A stretch of DNA of 64,000 nucleotides from a virus. Lineage: Duplodnaviria > Caudoviricetes. Where the stretch lies: IMG/VR virus record IMGVR_UViG_3300021400_000034, positions 64,001 through 128,000 of that record; one strand, 5' to 3'. How positions within the stretch are numbered: the first letter of the stretch is position 1; every line of letters begins with the position of its first letter. The position numbers were made by a program, and so were the translations under genes. Shown piece after piece: positions 20,101 to 29,152 of the stretch. Under the pieces are notes generated by a model. The model was not told where the DNA came from. It did not search any database and saw nothing but the letters and a program-made list of their open reading frames with translations.

Positions 20101-21041
20101 CAGAAGTTCCGGCAGAATATGTCACTGACACTGAGCTTCAGACGGTTCTTGACGACTATGGAACTAGCGCTTGGGTTCTCGAACAGCTAGACGAGAAAGT
20201 CGACAAAGTGACGGGCATGGGTCTGTCCCAGGAAGACTTCACGTCTGCTTACAAGGATAAGCTCGATCATATCGAGTCTAGCGCTAACAAGAACGTCCAG
20301 TCAGACTGGACGGAATCTGACTCAGCATCTGATGCATTCATACAGCACAAGCCTGTTCAACTGACTATGGCAGCTGGAGAGGGAATCTCGATCACCGAGA
20401 ACGATAACACGCTGACGTTCTCTGTCTCGGCTGACTATGCCACCGAGTCTTATGTTCAGAGTCAGACGTCAGGCAAGGTAGACAAGGTTGTTGGAAAGGA
20501 TTTGTCTACCAACGACTTCACTGACGCTCTTAAGGATAAGCTCGATGGAATTCAGTCTGGCGCTGAAGTTAACGTTCAGTCTGACTGGGAACAGACCGAT
20601 AATACTGCTGACGACTTCATCAAGAATAAGCCGACTCCTATCTCGATAGTAGGTGGCGAAGGAATATCTGTTACCGAGAATCAAGGAAATCTGGAAATAT
20701 CAGTATCTGCTGACTATGCTACAGAGAACTACGTCCAGCAGGAGACTTCTGGAAAGGTCGACAAGGTCACTGGAATGGGACTATCTCACGTCGATTTCAC
20801 TTCAGCTTATCAGAGCAAGCTAGACTCGATCGCACCGAGCGCTGAAGTCAACGTCCAGTCAGACTGGAACGTGACTAACTCTGCGCTTGACTCATACATC
20901 GCTAATAAGCCAGATATCATCGTTCCTCTCGCTAGCACGTCATTCTCTGCTCCGAAGAAGCTAGTCGTCGTCAGCTCTATGCCAGCTGCTGCTAACATCG
21001 ATCCGGACACTATATATCTAGTAAAGGAAACCGTCTCGTAA
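17148..21041 (+). CDS. long repetitive tail-fibre shaft protein
   Basis: 8x [FY]Y[PL]..NPxx[FY], 4x QSDW...[FY]IxxKP, 4x [GD]LSxxD[FY]T; ends DPDTIYLV; upstream AATAAATA. Confidence 0.8.
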   Translation: MARKKIIKTRIYQEPNYTEKTGYVLADAGANKPTGKLTFEELGKLLGSNPLIIIFMPDGSGSYTMYRQTTFDMNVQPQMEPIDFAWLYQNVYKVMVCAAIIYGGTAEHNGNPTFFFSGMYTDTQTNLPILEFTRFDTTEDDVVTEHSILVSTDAPYPFTGGNTIITDRYVNISSGDNIFIFDASDQSSGEVTSSTTYAEVKAAWDANKTILMRLQTTYGDHQIWPLIDVNYESDMFIFYFPGDEQQFDWQKPNYYQVIKTEIDKNFIYLWKGTSGNTDRYQKCNLRLNNLNNYVPKETGKGLSTNDYTNADKSTVTLAAAAIPSSASSSNMLTTVTDVEIIAGRTGGYKKVDKNQEGYPDVQNPSNKLIYLTDNDTQSGSNFYDEWLYDSAALTHWELIGSTQMDLTGYATEDWVNQQGFVESGDLADYAKVADLQNLSDVVDSHADAIEAVELDVSEVSAAVDEINSHLGDYATESWTAEEIERATSGKMDASDSSAFYPMGSNPSGYLTQHQDLSEYAKTADMNQAILSATSGKMDDSRASEFYPSNNPSGFIDQTYLNGLATEQWVNENTSAFITSSYLAPYAKTEDLEALSDDLTDFTDEFTMKLDEVSGAVDQVIDTIGDISAEFDEKLEDKMDKDESSAFYPMDSNPAGYLVDEDLEDYATKSYVDDGLGNTSAWAKATFASASQLDDYYPNTNPSGFLTNSDLAGLATETYVQSQTSGKLDKSSSGAFYLATNPDHFVTSGEVATLSAKIESDIPSLEGYATIAWVEEQGYLTSVPAEYVTDTEMGNAIEAATSGKMDKSTSAQFYPRSTNPEHYVTSGELSTLSAKIEGDIPSIEGLAAETWVQANFASASQISDMATQTWVDQQGFLTEVPDTYATSAWVAATFASASQLDDYYPANNPSGFLTSDDVAQSDWTETDSADPAYIKNKPAALSMAAGEGIQIVESNNTITFSVSGDYAERSDLDDYYPKTNPSGFLTEVPAEYVTDTELQTVLDDYGTSAWVLEQLDEKVDKVTGMGLSQEDFTSAYKDKLDHIESSANKNVQSDWTESDSASDAFIQHKPVQLTMAAGEGISITENDNTLTFSVSADYATESYVQSQTSGKVDKVVGKDLSTNDFTDALKDKLDGIQSGAEVNVQSDWEQTDNTADDFIKNKPTPISIVGGEGISVTENQGNLEISVSADYATENYVQQETSGKVDKVTGMGLSHVDFTSAYQSKLDSIAPSAEVNVQSDWNVTNSALDSYIANKPDIIVPLASTSFSAPKKLVVVSSMPAAANIDPDTIYLVKETVS

Positions 21042-21050
21042 GGAATCAAG

Positions 21051-22247
21051 ATGTCTATCAAAGTCGGCGACAACAATTCTATACTAGCCATGAATTTCGG
21101 AGGAAACAGAATAGCTCAGGTCTACTTCGGACACGATCTGGTCTTCCAGAACTACTTCGTGAAGATCACGTTCCACTTCGACAGAACGAACGTGAATCCG
21201 AGAGACAAGCTAGGCTCGAGAGCGAAGAAGGTAGGCGCTGAGTGGAGATCGACATCTGATCCCAACACTTGGTACGTCATCACTCCTCTATACACTAAAG
21301 GGGCTGGCGAACAAGACCCGTCACTCGGGATCGGAAAGCTGTTCGTGGGCGACAGCAGTGATAATGGACTCCTTCAGCAGAACACGCTTGGAACTTGCCA
21401 GGTCACTTCAATCGAAGGAGACGTTGGCAAGATCCAGACGATCGACCGTCTCTTCCAGAAGTGCAATGCGATAACGAGCATAAGCAAGACTGGATTCTAC
21501 GACAAGTTCGCTGGCAGCACAAAGCTGTTCAACGTCAACAGCTTGTGCAAAGAGTGCACAGGAATCACTGACGGATCTTCTCTTGACGGCTACAACGTTC
21601 TGAAGAACGTGAGCACTATAACGACTCACGCAGCTACGTTCGCGAGCGCAGACAGCGCTGCTAACCTAGAACAGATTCCTACTGGATGGGGCGGAAACAT
21701 GGCTCCGCCTGCAGCTCAGCTAGACTGCACGAAGACGAACAACGCTGGCTGGATCGTCAGCGTTCAAGACCCTGACTGGCCCGACTTCTCCACTGTCACT
21801 ACGCTTCAAGTCTTCACGACGAGCAGCATATCTCAGTATGACGGCGTGAACATGAGAAAGACGAACATCTGGAACAAGAACTCTTACTTCTCAACTTCTC
21901 TAGCTACTTACTACTATCCGTGCTTTATGCAGGGCACTGGAAACTGGCCTACTAGCGGAGGAAAGTCGTTCACTCCGACTTGGGTCTTCGGACCTATGAA
22001 CTACAACGGAATGCTCGACGCGAACACTGCCTCTGGAGATATGCCAGGTACTCTAGACTACGATAGCTATGGTCCGTTCAGCCGTCTATATGGAACATAC
22101 GACAGCACGAAGACGACTTACTTCGGATTCATAGTCTTGAACGATCCGGCGAACATAACGACCTTCGATCCTGCTACGACTGGATTTGGCATTCACTCAA
22201 ACAACAACTTCAGAAACATGGTCCTGAACTGGTTCATACCTAGCTGA
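21051..22247 (+). CDS. tail-fibre tip/receptor-binding protein
   Basis: N-terminal IAQVYFGHDLVF docking-type motif; LRR-like core ending IPTGWGG. Confidence 0.65.
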   Translation: MSIKVGDNNSILAMNFGGNRIAQVYFGHDLVFQNYFVKITFHFDRTNVNPRDKLGSRAKKVGAEWRSTSDPNTWYVITPLYTKGAGEQDPSLGIGKLFVGDSSDNGLLQQNTLGTCQVTSIEGDVGKIQTIDRLFQKCNAITSISKTGFYDKFAGSTKLFNVNSLCKECTGITDGSSLDGYNVLKNVSTITTHAATFASADSAANLEQIPTGWGGNMAPPAAQLDCTKTNNAGWIVSVQDPDWPDFSTVTTLQVFTTSSISQYDGVNMRKTNIWNKNSYFSTSLATYYYPCFMQGTGNWPTSGGKSFTPTWVFGPMNYNGMLDANTASGDMPGTLDYDSYGPFSRLYGTYDSTKTTYFGFIVLNDPANITTFDPATTGFGIHSNNNFRNMVLNWFIPS

Positions 22248-22271
22248 TAAATAAATATGAGGGATTAGACT

Positions 22272-23357
22272 ATGGCAGACAAGATTTTGACATTCAACGG
22301 AAAGACGATATCCGGACCGAGCGGAACTGGGATGGTGATCGTTCCTGGACCAGCGACGATGACTATAAGGTTCAAGTTTACCAGCAATAACACTATTTAT
22401 CCTGGAAATTTTAACCCGTATGATGCCCAATGCAAAAAAGGTACATGGAATAAAGTAGAAGAAGTTGTGGATGAATACAGTATCTGGGATTGGATCTATA
22501 CCGGTTCTAATGCGTCAAGAGCATTTGATAGTATATTCAGCTATGATTGCGATTATGACAAAGAGATTATAAGCATAAACTGTACGTCAGAAATCACGGA
22601 CGTATCAGAACTGTTTGCCGGTTGTACTGAACTCAATGGATTACTTTTAGCATACAACTATCTATCTCAGTTGACGGTAAAACATGACAACTGTTTCTAT
22701 CGAGCAGGCGGTAACCTAGAACAATGCGCAGAAATAGCGGATATTCCGGAAGACTGGGGAGGTACTAAGCCGTTAACAGGCAGAGGTATAAAGCTCGGAA
22801 ATTATATCTGGGATAAAGAAGCCATAGGGCTTATCGACATTCCTGGGTTGATCGAGATTGATGAATACTCGGACTTTGAAGAAGGCACTATCGGATATCT
22901 AGCAAGAGACGGGGTCGTGTATTATACAAAGGCGGCGATTGACTATATAAGAAATCATCCAGAAGTATTTGAAACGCAATATAACGGATGGCACCTGCCT
23001 ACTTATGAAGAAGGTGCTGATCTTGTGGACTATTTAGAAAGTATAAATACGGTTGCGTTCTTCCAGACATCCGGTATTAACGGTTTCAATATGGAGTTCT
23101 CTTCTTGGAATCCTGGAGATACTAGTATTACAAGCGGCGATTCATTATTGCAATATGATAACGATAATGTAGAATGGGTATACGGTTTTATTGGCGAGTA
23201 CTCGCTCAGGGATTCAGTATATTGGCCTTTGCAAGGTAATAATAGACTCGAATTGTGGGTTTCTGAAAGTTATTCATGCACTCTTTATGTAAACTCATAT
23301 AATATAGATGAACCGAGTTACATGTATCCAGTAAGACTTGTAAGAGATCATAACTGA
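22272..23357 (+). CDS. adhesin with LRR-cap module and FISUMP-like domain
   Basis: IPEDWGG; GWHLPT; ends YPVRLVRD; upstream GATAAATA. Confidence 0.7.
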   Translation: MADKILTFNGKTISGPSGTGMVIVPGPATMTIRFKFTSNNTIYPGNFNPYDAQCKKGTWNKVEEVVDEYSIWDWIYTGSNASRAFDSIFSYDCDYDKEIISINCTSEITDVSELFAGCTELNGLLLAYNYLSQLTVKHDNCFYRAGGNLEQCAEIADIPEDWGGTKPLTGRGIKLGNYIWDKEAIGLIDIPGLIEIDEYSDFEEGTIGYLARDGVVYYTKAAIDYIRNHPEVFETQYNGWHLPTYEEGADLVDYLESINTVAFFQTSGINGFNMEFSSWNPGDTSITSGDSLLQYDNDNVEWVYGFIGEYSLRDSVYWPLQGNNRLELWVSESYSCTLYVNSYNIDEPSYMYPVRLVRDHN

Positions 23358-23375
23358 TTTTTATAGGAGTTTGAA

Positions 23376-24092
23376 ATGAAGACTGTAATATGCGCGATAT
23401 CGAAAAACGAAGACAATTACATTAAGGACTTCTGTGAATATCACTTAGGTCTTGGATTCGATGAGATACATATATACGATAACGGTACAGAAATACCGTT
23501 AAAAGACGATAGAATCATAGTCCATCCGTTCCGTGAAATAGATTCAAAGTGTCCGCAGATGACGGCATACAACGATATGCTTTCTAATACTGATGCTGAC
23601 TGGTGTGCATTCATAGATATTGACGAGTTCATAACGTTGTCTGGATATACTTCAATATCGGAATTTCTCTCGTCTTTACCAAACGGTACAAGCGCGATTA
23701 AACTTGGAAATGTTACATTTGGCGATGGAGGACAGATTACTCCAGAAGACATCAGTATTCCTGTATATGAAAGAATAACAAAAACGAGTTACAAAAAACA
23801 ACACGTATCATACAAATATATTTTGAAACCGAACAAGAAATGGAAAATGGATAATCCGCATCGTATTTTGCTAGACGATGAACATTCTAAACAGGAAATC
23901 TATGTTCCGAATCGAGAATGCTATATCCGTCACTACAAGACCAAGACACTCTCTGAATTCTGCGACCAGAAGTTGAATACATCTAGAGTATTTGATCCGA
24001 CGAAGAAAAGAACAATAAACTATTTCTTCAAGGTCAACGAGAAGACTCCAGAGAAGATAGCGTACCTGAAGTCCAGGGGAATCGAGGCATAA
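23376..24092 (+). CDS. glycosyltransferase (GT92/Glyco_tranf_2_4-like)
   Basis: ICAISKNEDNYI..YHLGLGFDEIHIYDN; WCAFIDIDEF; IRHYKTK. Confidence 0.8.
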   Translation: MKTVICAISKNEDNYIKDFCEYHLGLGFDEIHIYDNGTEIPLKDDRIIVHPFREIDSKCPQMTAYNDMLSNTDADWCAFIDIDEFITLSGYTSISEFLSSLPNGTSAIKLGNVTFGDGGQITPEDISIPVYERITKTSYKKQHVSYKYILKPNKKWKMDNPHRILLDDEHSKQEIYVPNRECYIRHYKTKTLSEFCDQKLNTSRVFDPTKKRTINYFFKVNEKTPEKIAYLKSRGIEA

Positions 24093-24211
24093 AGTGAACA
24101 ACCGTGAGAAGAACAGACTGATGAACGTCGCTATCGGGATCCTGACCTCATTCATCGTGCTCGGCCTGATAGTCCTGTTAGTTTTGTAAACTTTCTTTAT
24201 CATATCTGCTA

Positions 24212-24240
24212 TTTACGAAACCCGTCTAGATTTCTATATT
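24212..24240 (+). promoter_or_regulatory. early sigma70-like promoter
   Basis: TTTACG-N17-TATATT. Confidence 0.65.
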
Positions 24241-24266
24241 CTACACATAGAAACTTAGGAGTCTAG

Positions 24267-24800
24267 ATGATACCCTTCATTATCGTGTTCATTGTCGCAT
24301 TCACTGTGATCTCGTGCTTGATCGCAGTGGTCATGGCCGAGAAGAACGCTAAGAAAGCCCACGAGAAGCACCTCAAGAACGTCGCATCTCCATACCGCAT
24401 CGTCTTGAGCGGGATGTGCGAGTACCGCATTCAGCGATACGAATACCTAAAACAGAGCAAGGTACGAACAAACGACGACGTGATCTGGGAGACGCCGAAG
24501 TCTGACTGGCAGTGGGTCGCGATAGGAGACCGCTATGAAGAGCTAGAAGACGCGAAGAAGAAGTACTGCGCACTGATGGCAGCGTTCCGCAAGAAGTCTG
24601 AGACCGAGACAGAGACATTCGTGAAGAGATGGGCCGACGTCTCTAGAACTGAAGTTCACTCTGAGGGACGTGACCAAGTCGTCGACCTGGCCGACTGCGA
24701 AGATCTCATCAATCAGATGGTCGAGGGAGTGAAGAAGAGAGCAGAACGAAAGAGGAAGAAAGATGGAGAAGGAACTGAGAAAGCAGCTGTGGCTGAGTAG
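24267..24800 (+). CDS. membrane-anchored hypothetical protein
   Basis: N-terminal TM helix; AGGAG RBS. Confidence 0.7.
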   Translation: MIPFIIVFIVAFTVISCLIAVVMAEKNAKKAHEKHLKNVASPYRIVLSGMCEYRIQRYEYLKQSKVRTNDDVIWETPKSDWQWVAIGDRYEELEDAKKKYCALMAAFRKKSETETETFVKRWADVSRTEVHSEGRDQVVDLADCEDLINQMVEGVKKRAERKRKKDGEGTEKAAVAE

Positions 24801-24987
24801 AGCGCTGAGATGCGCTGCAGAGCAGCAGAAGTTTCACTCTCTAGCGTGCGCTCTGCTCTCGATAGGAGACGAGAAGAACTACAAGAGATACTTCGACAGA
24901 GCGGAGAGGTTCGGAAGAGGTGTTCCGAAGTGCCTACGGAAAGCTGTCGAGAACGGACTGGAGATAAAGAATGAAGAAGAAGATTGA
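24763..24987 (+). CDS. hypothetical protein
   Basis: Operon packing. Confidence 0.55.
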   Translation: MEKELRKQLWLSRALRCAAEQQKFHSLACALLSIGDEKNYKRYFDRAERFGRGVPKCLRKAVENGLEIKNEEED

Positions 24988-25231
24988 GATCGAGTTTGAC
25001 GGCGCTGACAGAGACGGCTTCACTGACCTGCAGGTGATCGAGCTCAACAAGATCCTCACTCGTGCGATACACCAGATCCACGAGTTCTCTAATCCCAAGA
25101 AAGTGACCGTTGACGGAAACGTCTTCTGGCTCAGAGGAGGTGCTCCAGAGCCGAAGGTCGCTAAGAAGACTTATCCAGTGCATCACGAAGAGCACATCGT
25201 GATGCAGAGACCAACCTTCAAGAAGAGGTAA
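24971..25231 (+). CDS. hypothetical protein
   Basis: GGAG RBS. Confidence 0.65.
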   Translation: MKKKIEIEFDGADRDGFTDLQVIELNKILTRAIHQIHEFSNPKKVTVDGNVFWLRGGAPEPKVAKKTYPVHHEEHIVMQRPTFKKR

Positions 25232-25237
25232 ACTACA

Positions 25238-25942
25238 ATGACCACGACAACTCAATGGGCCGAGAACGAAGTCCGTCTCGCAAAGGAAAGAGAGCACAAG
25301 AACTCTAGCGCTGAAGACGCTGCACTCTTCGGAGGCTATGTCGACGCTTGCTACGACTCTGCGCTCAAGACTTACAAGTGCATGGCTGAGGACGGACACT
25401 CGGGCATGTCTTGGGGAATCACCAAGAACATTCTCATCAAGCTTCTCAACGACGTCCCGCTCGGACCTATCGAAGAAAATGAAGACTGCTGGTCTGGGCA
25501 AAACACTCTTGACAAGTCACAGCAGTGCACGCGCCGATTCTCTCTGTTCCGCGAGAAACAAGATGACGGCACTTGGAAGTACCACGACATCGACCTAGTC
25601 GCAGTGGACGACGTCTATCCGGATCACATCTCTGCCGTAGGATCTAAGTTCGGGGACTCGCTCTGCGAGAAGCTGTTCGGAGATATCATCACTTTCCCGT
25701 ACTATCCGCCCGTTCATCCGTATCGCGTCCGCCGCATCGAGATCAACGGTCTCACTAGGAACGGCAACGACGTCGTCTTCGTTCCGTTCGTCAAGAAGCC
25801 TAACGGTGAGATCGTAGAAATCAACAAGTTCTACGAAGACAAGTGGGAGGATCCTATCGAGATAGGATTCGAGTTCAGGATGAATCCGGAACAAGAGAAA
25901 GAATTTGACGAGAAGAAGAAGTACTCGGACTCTCGCCGCTAA
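25238..25942 (+). CDS. phage protein with GHSGxS motif
   Basis: WAENEVRLA...DGHSGMSW...QCTRRFSLFR; function unknown. Confidence 0.75.
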   Translation: MTTTTQWAENEVRLAKEREHKNSSAEDAALFGGYVDACYDSALKTYKCMAEDGHSGMSWGITKNILIKLLNDVPLGPIEENEDCWSGQNTLDKSQQCTRRFSLFREKQDDGTWKYHDIDLVAVDDVYPDHISAVGSKFGDSLCEKLFGDIITFPYYPPVHPYRVRRIEINGLTRNGNDVVFVPFVKKPNGEIVEINKFYEDKWEDPIEIGFEFRMNPEQEKEFDEKKKYSDSRR

Positions 25943-25973
25943 CGCTTAACAACTAACAACAGGAGCAAACTAA

Positions 25974-27254
25974 ATGCAAATCTCAACTAAAATGATCAAG
26001 TGGGCAGTCGCTATCGTGCTGGCCTTCATCGCAAGCATCTGGCTGATCTGTGAAAACGTCGGGTACAAGAACTCGACAGAGATCGTCATCAAGCAGAGCC
26101 CGTTCGGCACCATGAGCTGTGTCGAAGACCAGGGCTACTACTTCAAGGGCTTCTCTAGGACATGGACGTTCTTGAAGGCTCGCTCGTTCTACTTCAACTC
26201 TTCGACTGAGAAGGTCGGAGGCAAGGCATGGGAAGGAGACGACACTGATGAAGATGACATCGAAGTGACTCTGTCCCGCAACTCTAAGGCCTGGATCTCT
26301 GGCTACCTCATGTACGAGCTTCCGTCCGACTGCTCTGTGCTTCTCCGTCTTCGTGACAAGCACCACACCGACGACGAGATCAAGCACAACCTCGTAAGAA
26401 ACGCCGTGATGTCGGGTATCGCTAAGACAGCTCCGATGTTCACCGCAGAAGCTGCTAAGGTCACTAACCTGGTTGAGTTCCAGGCTCTCGCGTACGACCA
26501 GATCACTCAGGGCGAGTACATGACCGAGACACATACCGAGCGTGAGCTAGTCTCCGAAGAAGAGAAAGATTCGACCGGAAAGGTCATCAAGAAGGCCGAA
26601 TACGCAGAATACAAAGTCACTAGCTTGAAGAAGGACTCTCTAGGCCACCGCATCATCATGAACGAGTCTGCTCTGCACGAGTTCGAGATCAAGGTCACCC
26701 AGTTCCAGATCCGTGGCGTCAAGCTCGACTCTGTCTCTCAGAACCAGCTAGATGTCGTGAAGAGACGTGAGACTCAGCGTGTCGCTAAGATCACAGAAGC
26801 CGAGACGGCTAAGCAGGACGCTATCACGAACGAAGCTAACGGTAAGGCGAACGCTGCCAAGGCTAAGTGGGACGCAGAAGCTGAGAAGGCACGAGTCATC
26901 GTGAAGATGGAACAGTCGAAGGACTCTGCAATCATCTTGGCAGAACGTGAAGCTGAAGTCGCTAAGAGAAACGCACAGAAGGCGAAGTATCAGGCTGACT
27001 CTACCCGTGAAGCTGGCCGAGCAGAAGCTGAAGCTAACCGCTTGAAGGTTCTAGCTGGTCTTACTCCCCAAGAACGCGCTGAGTGGGAATACAAGACTAA
27101 GGTCGGCGTCGCAGAAGCTCTCGCTAAGTCTGCACAGCCTCTCGTTCCAGAGATCATGATGTCTGGAGACTCTAAGGGCGGAGCAGGAACTGCGATGGAC
27201 GCAGTGGGCCTGAACATGCTCATGGATCTGACGAACAAGCTATCAACGAAGTGA
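25974..27254 (+). CDS. SPFH/band-7 (prohibitin/flotillin-like) membrane protein
   Basis: N-terminal TM, SPFH-like domain, Ala/Glu/Lys coiled coil, GLTPQERAEW...LVPEIMM tail. Confidence 0.8.
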   Translation: MQISTKMIKWAVAIVLAFIASIWLICENVGYKNSTEIVIKQSPFGTMSCVEDQGYYFKGFSRTWTFLKARSFYFNSSTEKVGGKAWEGDDTDEDDIEVTLSRNSKAWISGYLMYELPSDCSVLLRLRDKHHTDDEIKHNLVRNAVMSGIAKTAPMFTAEAAKVTNLVEFQALAYDQITQGEYMTETHTERELVSEEEKDSTGKVIKKAEYAEYKVTSLKKDSLGHRIIMNESALHEFEIKVTQFQIRGVKLDSVSQNQLDVVKRRETQRVAKITEAETAKQDAITNEANGKANAAKAKWDAEAEKARVIVKMEQSKDSAIILAEREAEVAKRNAQKAKYQADSTREAGRAEAEANRLKVLAGLTPQERAEWEYKTKVGVAEALAKSAQPLVPEIMMSGDSKGGAGTAMDAVGLNMLMDLTNKLSTK

Positions 27255-27361
27255 AAGCGTAAGACCACGGCGACGATCACGCACGCTGGAGGAAGTCAGA
27301 TATCCGATCCAGGAGCTATGGTCTTGAAAGAGAACTCGACTCCGATGGTGTTCAAGTAAAG

Positions 27362-27472
27362 TTTCCTTTACAAAGGAAAGCGCAAGGCTCTGGCGCCAAA
27401 TAGAGCCAAGATGAAAAACCCATACACCGTGGCGGTTGGGAGGTCGGCGCAAGCTGGCCTCTCACGCTTTTT
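27362..27472 (+). ncRNA. candidate structured RNA / complex terminator
   Basis: Four hairpins including a 12-bp stem with GCAA tetraloop plus U-run; possible closing helix AAAGCG/CGCTTT. Confidence 0.4.
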
Positions 27473-27492
27473 GAGATTTTTTGAGAAAACTG

Positions 27493-27521
27493 TTTACAAA
27501 ATCGACAAATTTTCCTATAAT
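27493..27521 (+). promoter_or_regulatory. early sigma70-like promoter
   Basis: TTTACA-N17-TATAAT. Confidence 0.75.
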
Positions 27522-27553
27522 ATATTGTACAACTCTCTAACACGGAGACCTAT

Positions 27554-27901
27554 ATGGAACTTCCCGATAGCCTCGACTACGAAGCTGCAAAGTTCGTAGA
27601 GATGAAGCGCAATCCTAACAGCAAACTCGTCGAAGTTGAGGATGCCTATGACGATCTCGTGAAGCACACTGCTAGCTTCCTTCAAGATCGTTGGCTCAAC
27701 GAATTCCTCGACGGCAAGGCTCCTAACCCTTCTCTCTTCGATCTGCTCATCGTCTGCGCTGCAGACGCCGTAGATCTCGTCGACGAAATCGTCTCCGTCG
27801 AAGAAGCTGATGAAGAGCCGATTCAGCTGACTGACCACGACAAAGAGCTATTCCTCAAGGCTATGAGCAAGGTGAACGGAGGCAAGAATGAAGATATTTA
27901 A
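27554..27901 (+). CDS. hypothetical protein
   Basis: GGAG RBS after promoter. Confidence 0.7.
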   Translation: MELPDSLDYEAAKFVEMKRNPNSKLVEVEDAYDDLVKHTASFLQDRWLNEFLDGKAPNPSLFDLLIVCAADAVDLVDEIVSVEEADEEPIQLTDHDKELFLKAMSKVNGGKNEDI

Positions 27902-28721
27902 GAGATCAGACGCTAGGGCGAAAGTCGGAGACACTGTCGTGATCGAGGGCTTCAAGTGCGACAGTGACTGCTCTCTCCCGCATAGCGAGCGCAGTCTCAT
28001 CGGAAAGATTGGCAAGGTGACGCTAGTCGACGACTTTGGCGCAATACACGGCACGTGGGGCGGTATTTCGCTTCTGCCCTGTGATGACTATCACGTTATC
28101 GAAAAGGACAATAAGATGGAGATGTGCGACGAAAAGGACATACCGGAAGAAGCCCCAGACCGTGGCAACTTTCCGAGGATAGGGAACAGCGACTACCGCT
28201 TCAATCTGTGGTACAAGTTTCCGAAGCTTGTCGAGAAGGAGAAGTCAGAGGACGGCCTCTATCACATGATCGACAACTATCGTGGAGAGCACAACTTCGA
28301 ATCCGACGATCTCATCGACTACATGAGAGAGTCTCTGTCTGGGATCAAGCTCATCGAGTGCTTCGACTGCAACGACGACTACTGGTCCGGGGACATCAAC
28401 GATCGCGTCAGGTACTCGTACAGCATCTCCGCGTTCATTCCGGAACGTGAGTGCGGAATAGATGCCGTCTACACTCAAGAGGGCATGAAGTCTTTCGACG
28501 AGATCGACTATCAGAAGTCTGGAGAATGGGTCGCTAAGATGCTCGACGATCTCGGCGCTGTGCTCGACATAGATGAGTGCATCGAACTGATCAAGCGACA
28601 GCAGGACGATGCTAAGGATTTGATCGACTCGAACAATGAGCTGTTCGAGATCATAGGCGACGTCAACGAGAGACTCAGGGCTGCAATAAGCGGCGATAAA
28701 TCTATTATAAAGGAGAACTAA
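27888..28721 (+). CDS. hypothetical protein with N-terminal DUF4314-like segment
   Basis: GKVTLVDDFGAIHGTWGGISLLPCDDY. Confidence 0.65.
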   Translation: MKIFKRSDARAKVGDTVVIEGFKCDSDCSLPHSERSLIGKIGKVTLVDDFGAIHGTWGGISLLPCDDYHVIEKDNKMEMCDEKDIPEEAPDRGNFPRIGNSDYRFNLWYKFPKLVEKEKSEDGLYHMIDNYRGEHNFESDDLIDYMRESLSGIKLIECFDCNDDYWSGDINDRVRYSYSISAFIPERECGIDAVYTQEGMKSFDEIDYQKSGEWVAKMLDDLGAVLDIDECIELIKRQQDDAKDLIDSNNELFEIIGDVNERLRAAISGDKSIIKEN

Positions 28722-28886
28722 ATGACCTTAACTTGCAAAGACGGCGAATTGAACGTTCAAGACATGATCTACAACTTGTTTCCGAAAGTGAGAGCTTTCG
28801 TGGATGACCCGAGAGTTCAGGAGTGGGCTAAAGAGCACAAGATGACTGAAGTCTTCCAGAAAGTCCAAGAGAGGGTAGGTGTATGA
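28722..28886 (+). CDS. hypothetical protein, 54 aa
   Basis: AAGGAG RBS; ATGA overlap with next gene. Confidence 0.6.
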   Translation: MTLTCKDGELNVQDMIYNLFPKVRAFVDDPRVQEWAKEHKMTEVFQKVQERVGV

Positions 28887-29152
28887 ACTTCCATCCTTTC
28901 GTGTCTGGTCTCATCGTAGCTGCAGCGGCGCTCATCTTCGGATGCTCGTGCGCTGACTGCTCTATGGGAAACAAGTACGTCAAAGTCTGCCGCATGGACG
29001 CTAGCAATCAAGACTGCTACGAGTTCAAGGATGTGCATGTCATACAAGGAAAGACGATGATCACGATCCAAGACGGCCACAACAAGTTCTCCTTCAACAA
29101 GTCCGGATGGTCTATCCTAGTGATGGACAAGGGAGAGAGGAACAGAAGATGA
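28883..29152 (+). CDS. putative secreted protein/lipoprotein
   Basis: Hydrophobic N-terminus ending LIFGC. Confidence 0.6.
   Translation: MNFHPFVSGLIVAAAALIFGCSCADCSMGNKYVKVCRMDASNQDCYEFKDVHVIQGKTMITIQDGHNKFSFNKSGWSILVMDKGERNRR

Noticed and set aside
18030-20900. CRISPR array or non-coding tandem repeat
   Set aside because: Repeats are in-frame, degenerate at third positions and irregularly spaced, so they are protein repeats
8812-23357. Diversity-generating retroelement acting on the FISUMP-like C-termini
   Set aside because: No reverse transcriptase in the window and no near-identical TR/VR pair differing at adenines. A remote DGR elsewhere in the genome cannot be excluded.
27355-27410. 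c-di-GMP-I or ZTP riboswitch
   Set aside because: Only superficial similarity; conserved core motifs and their order do not match
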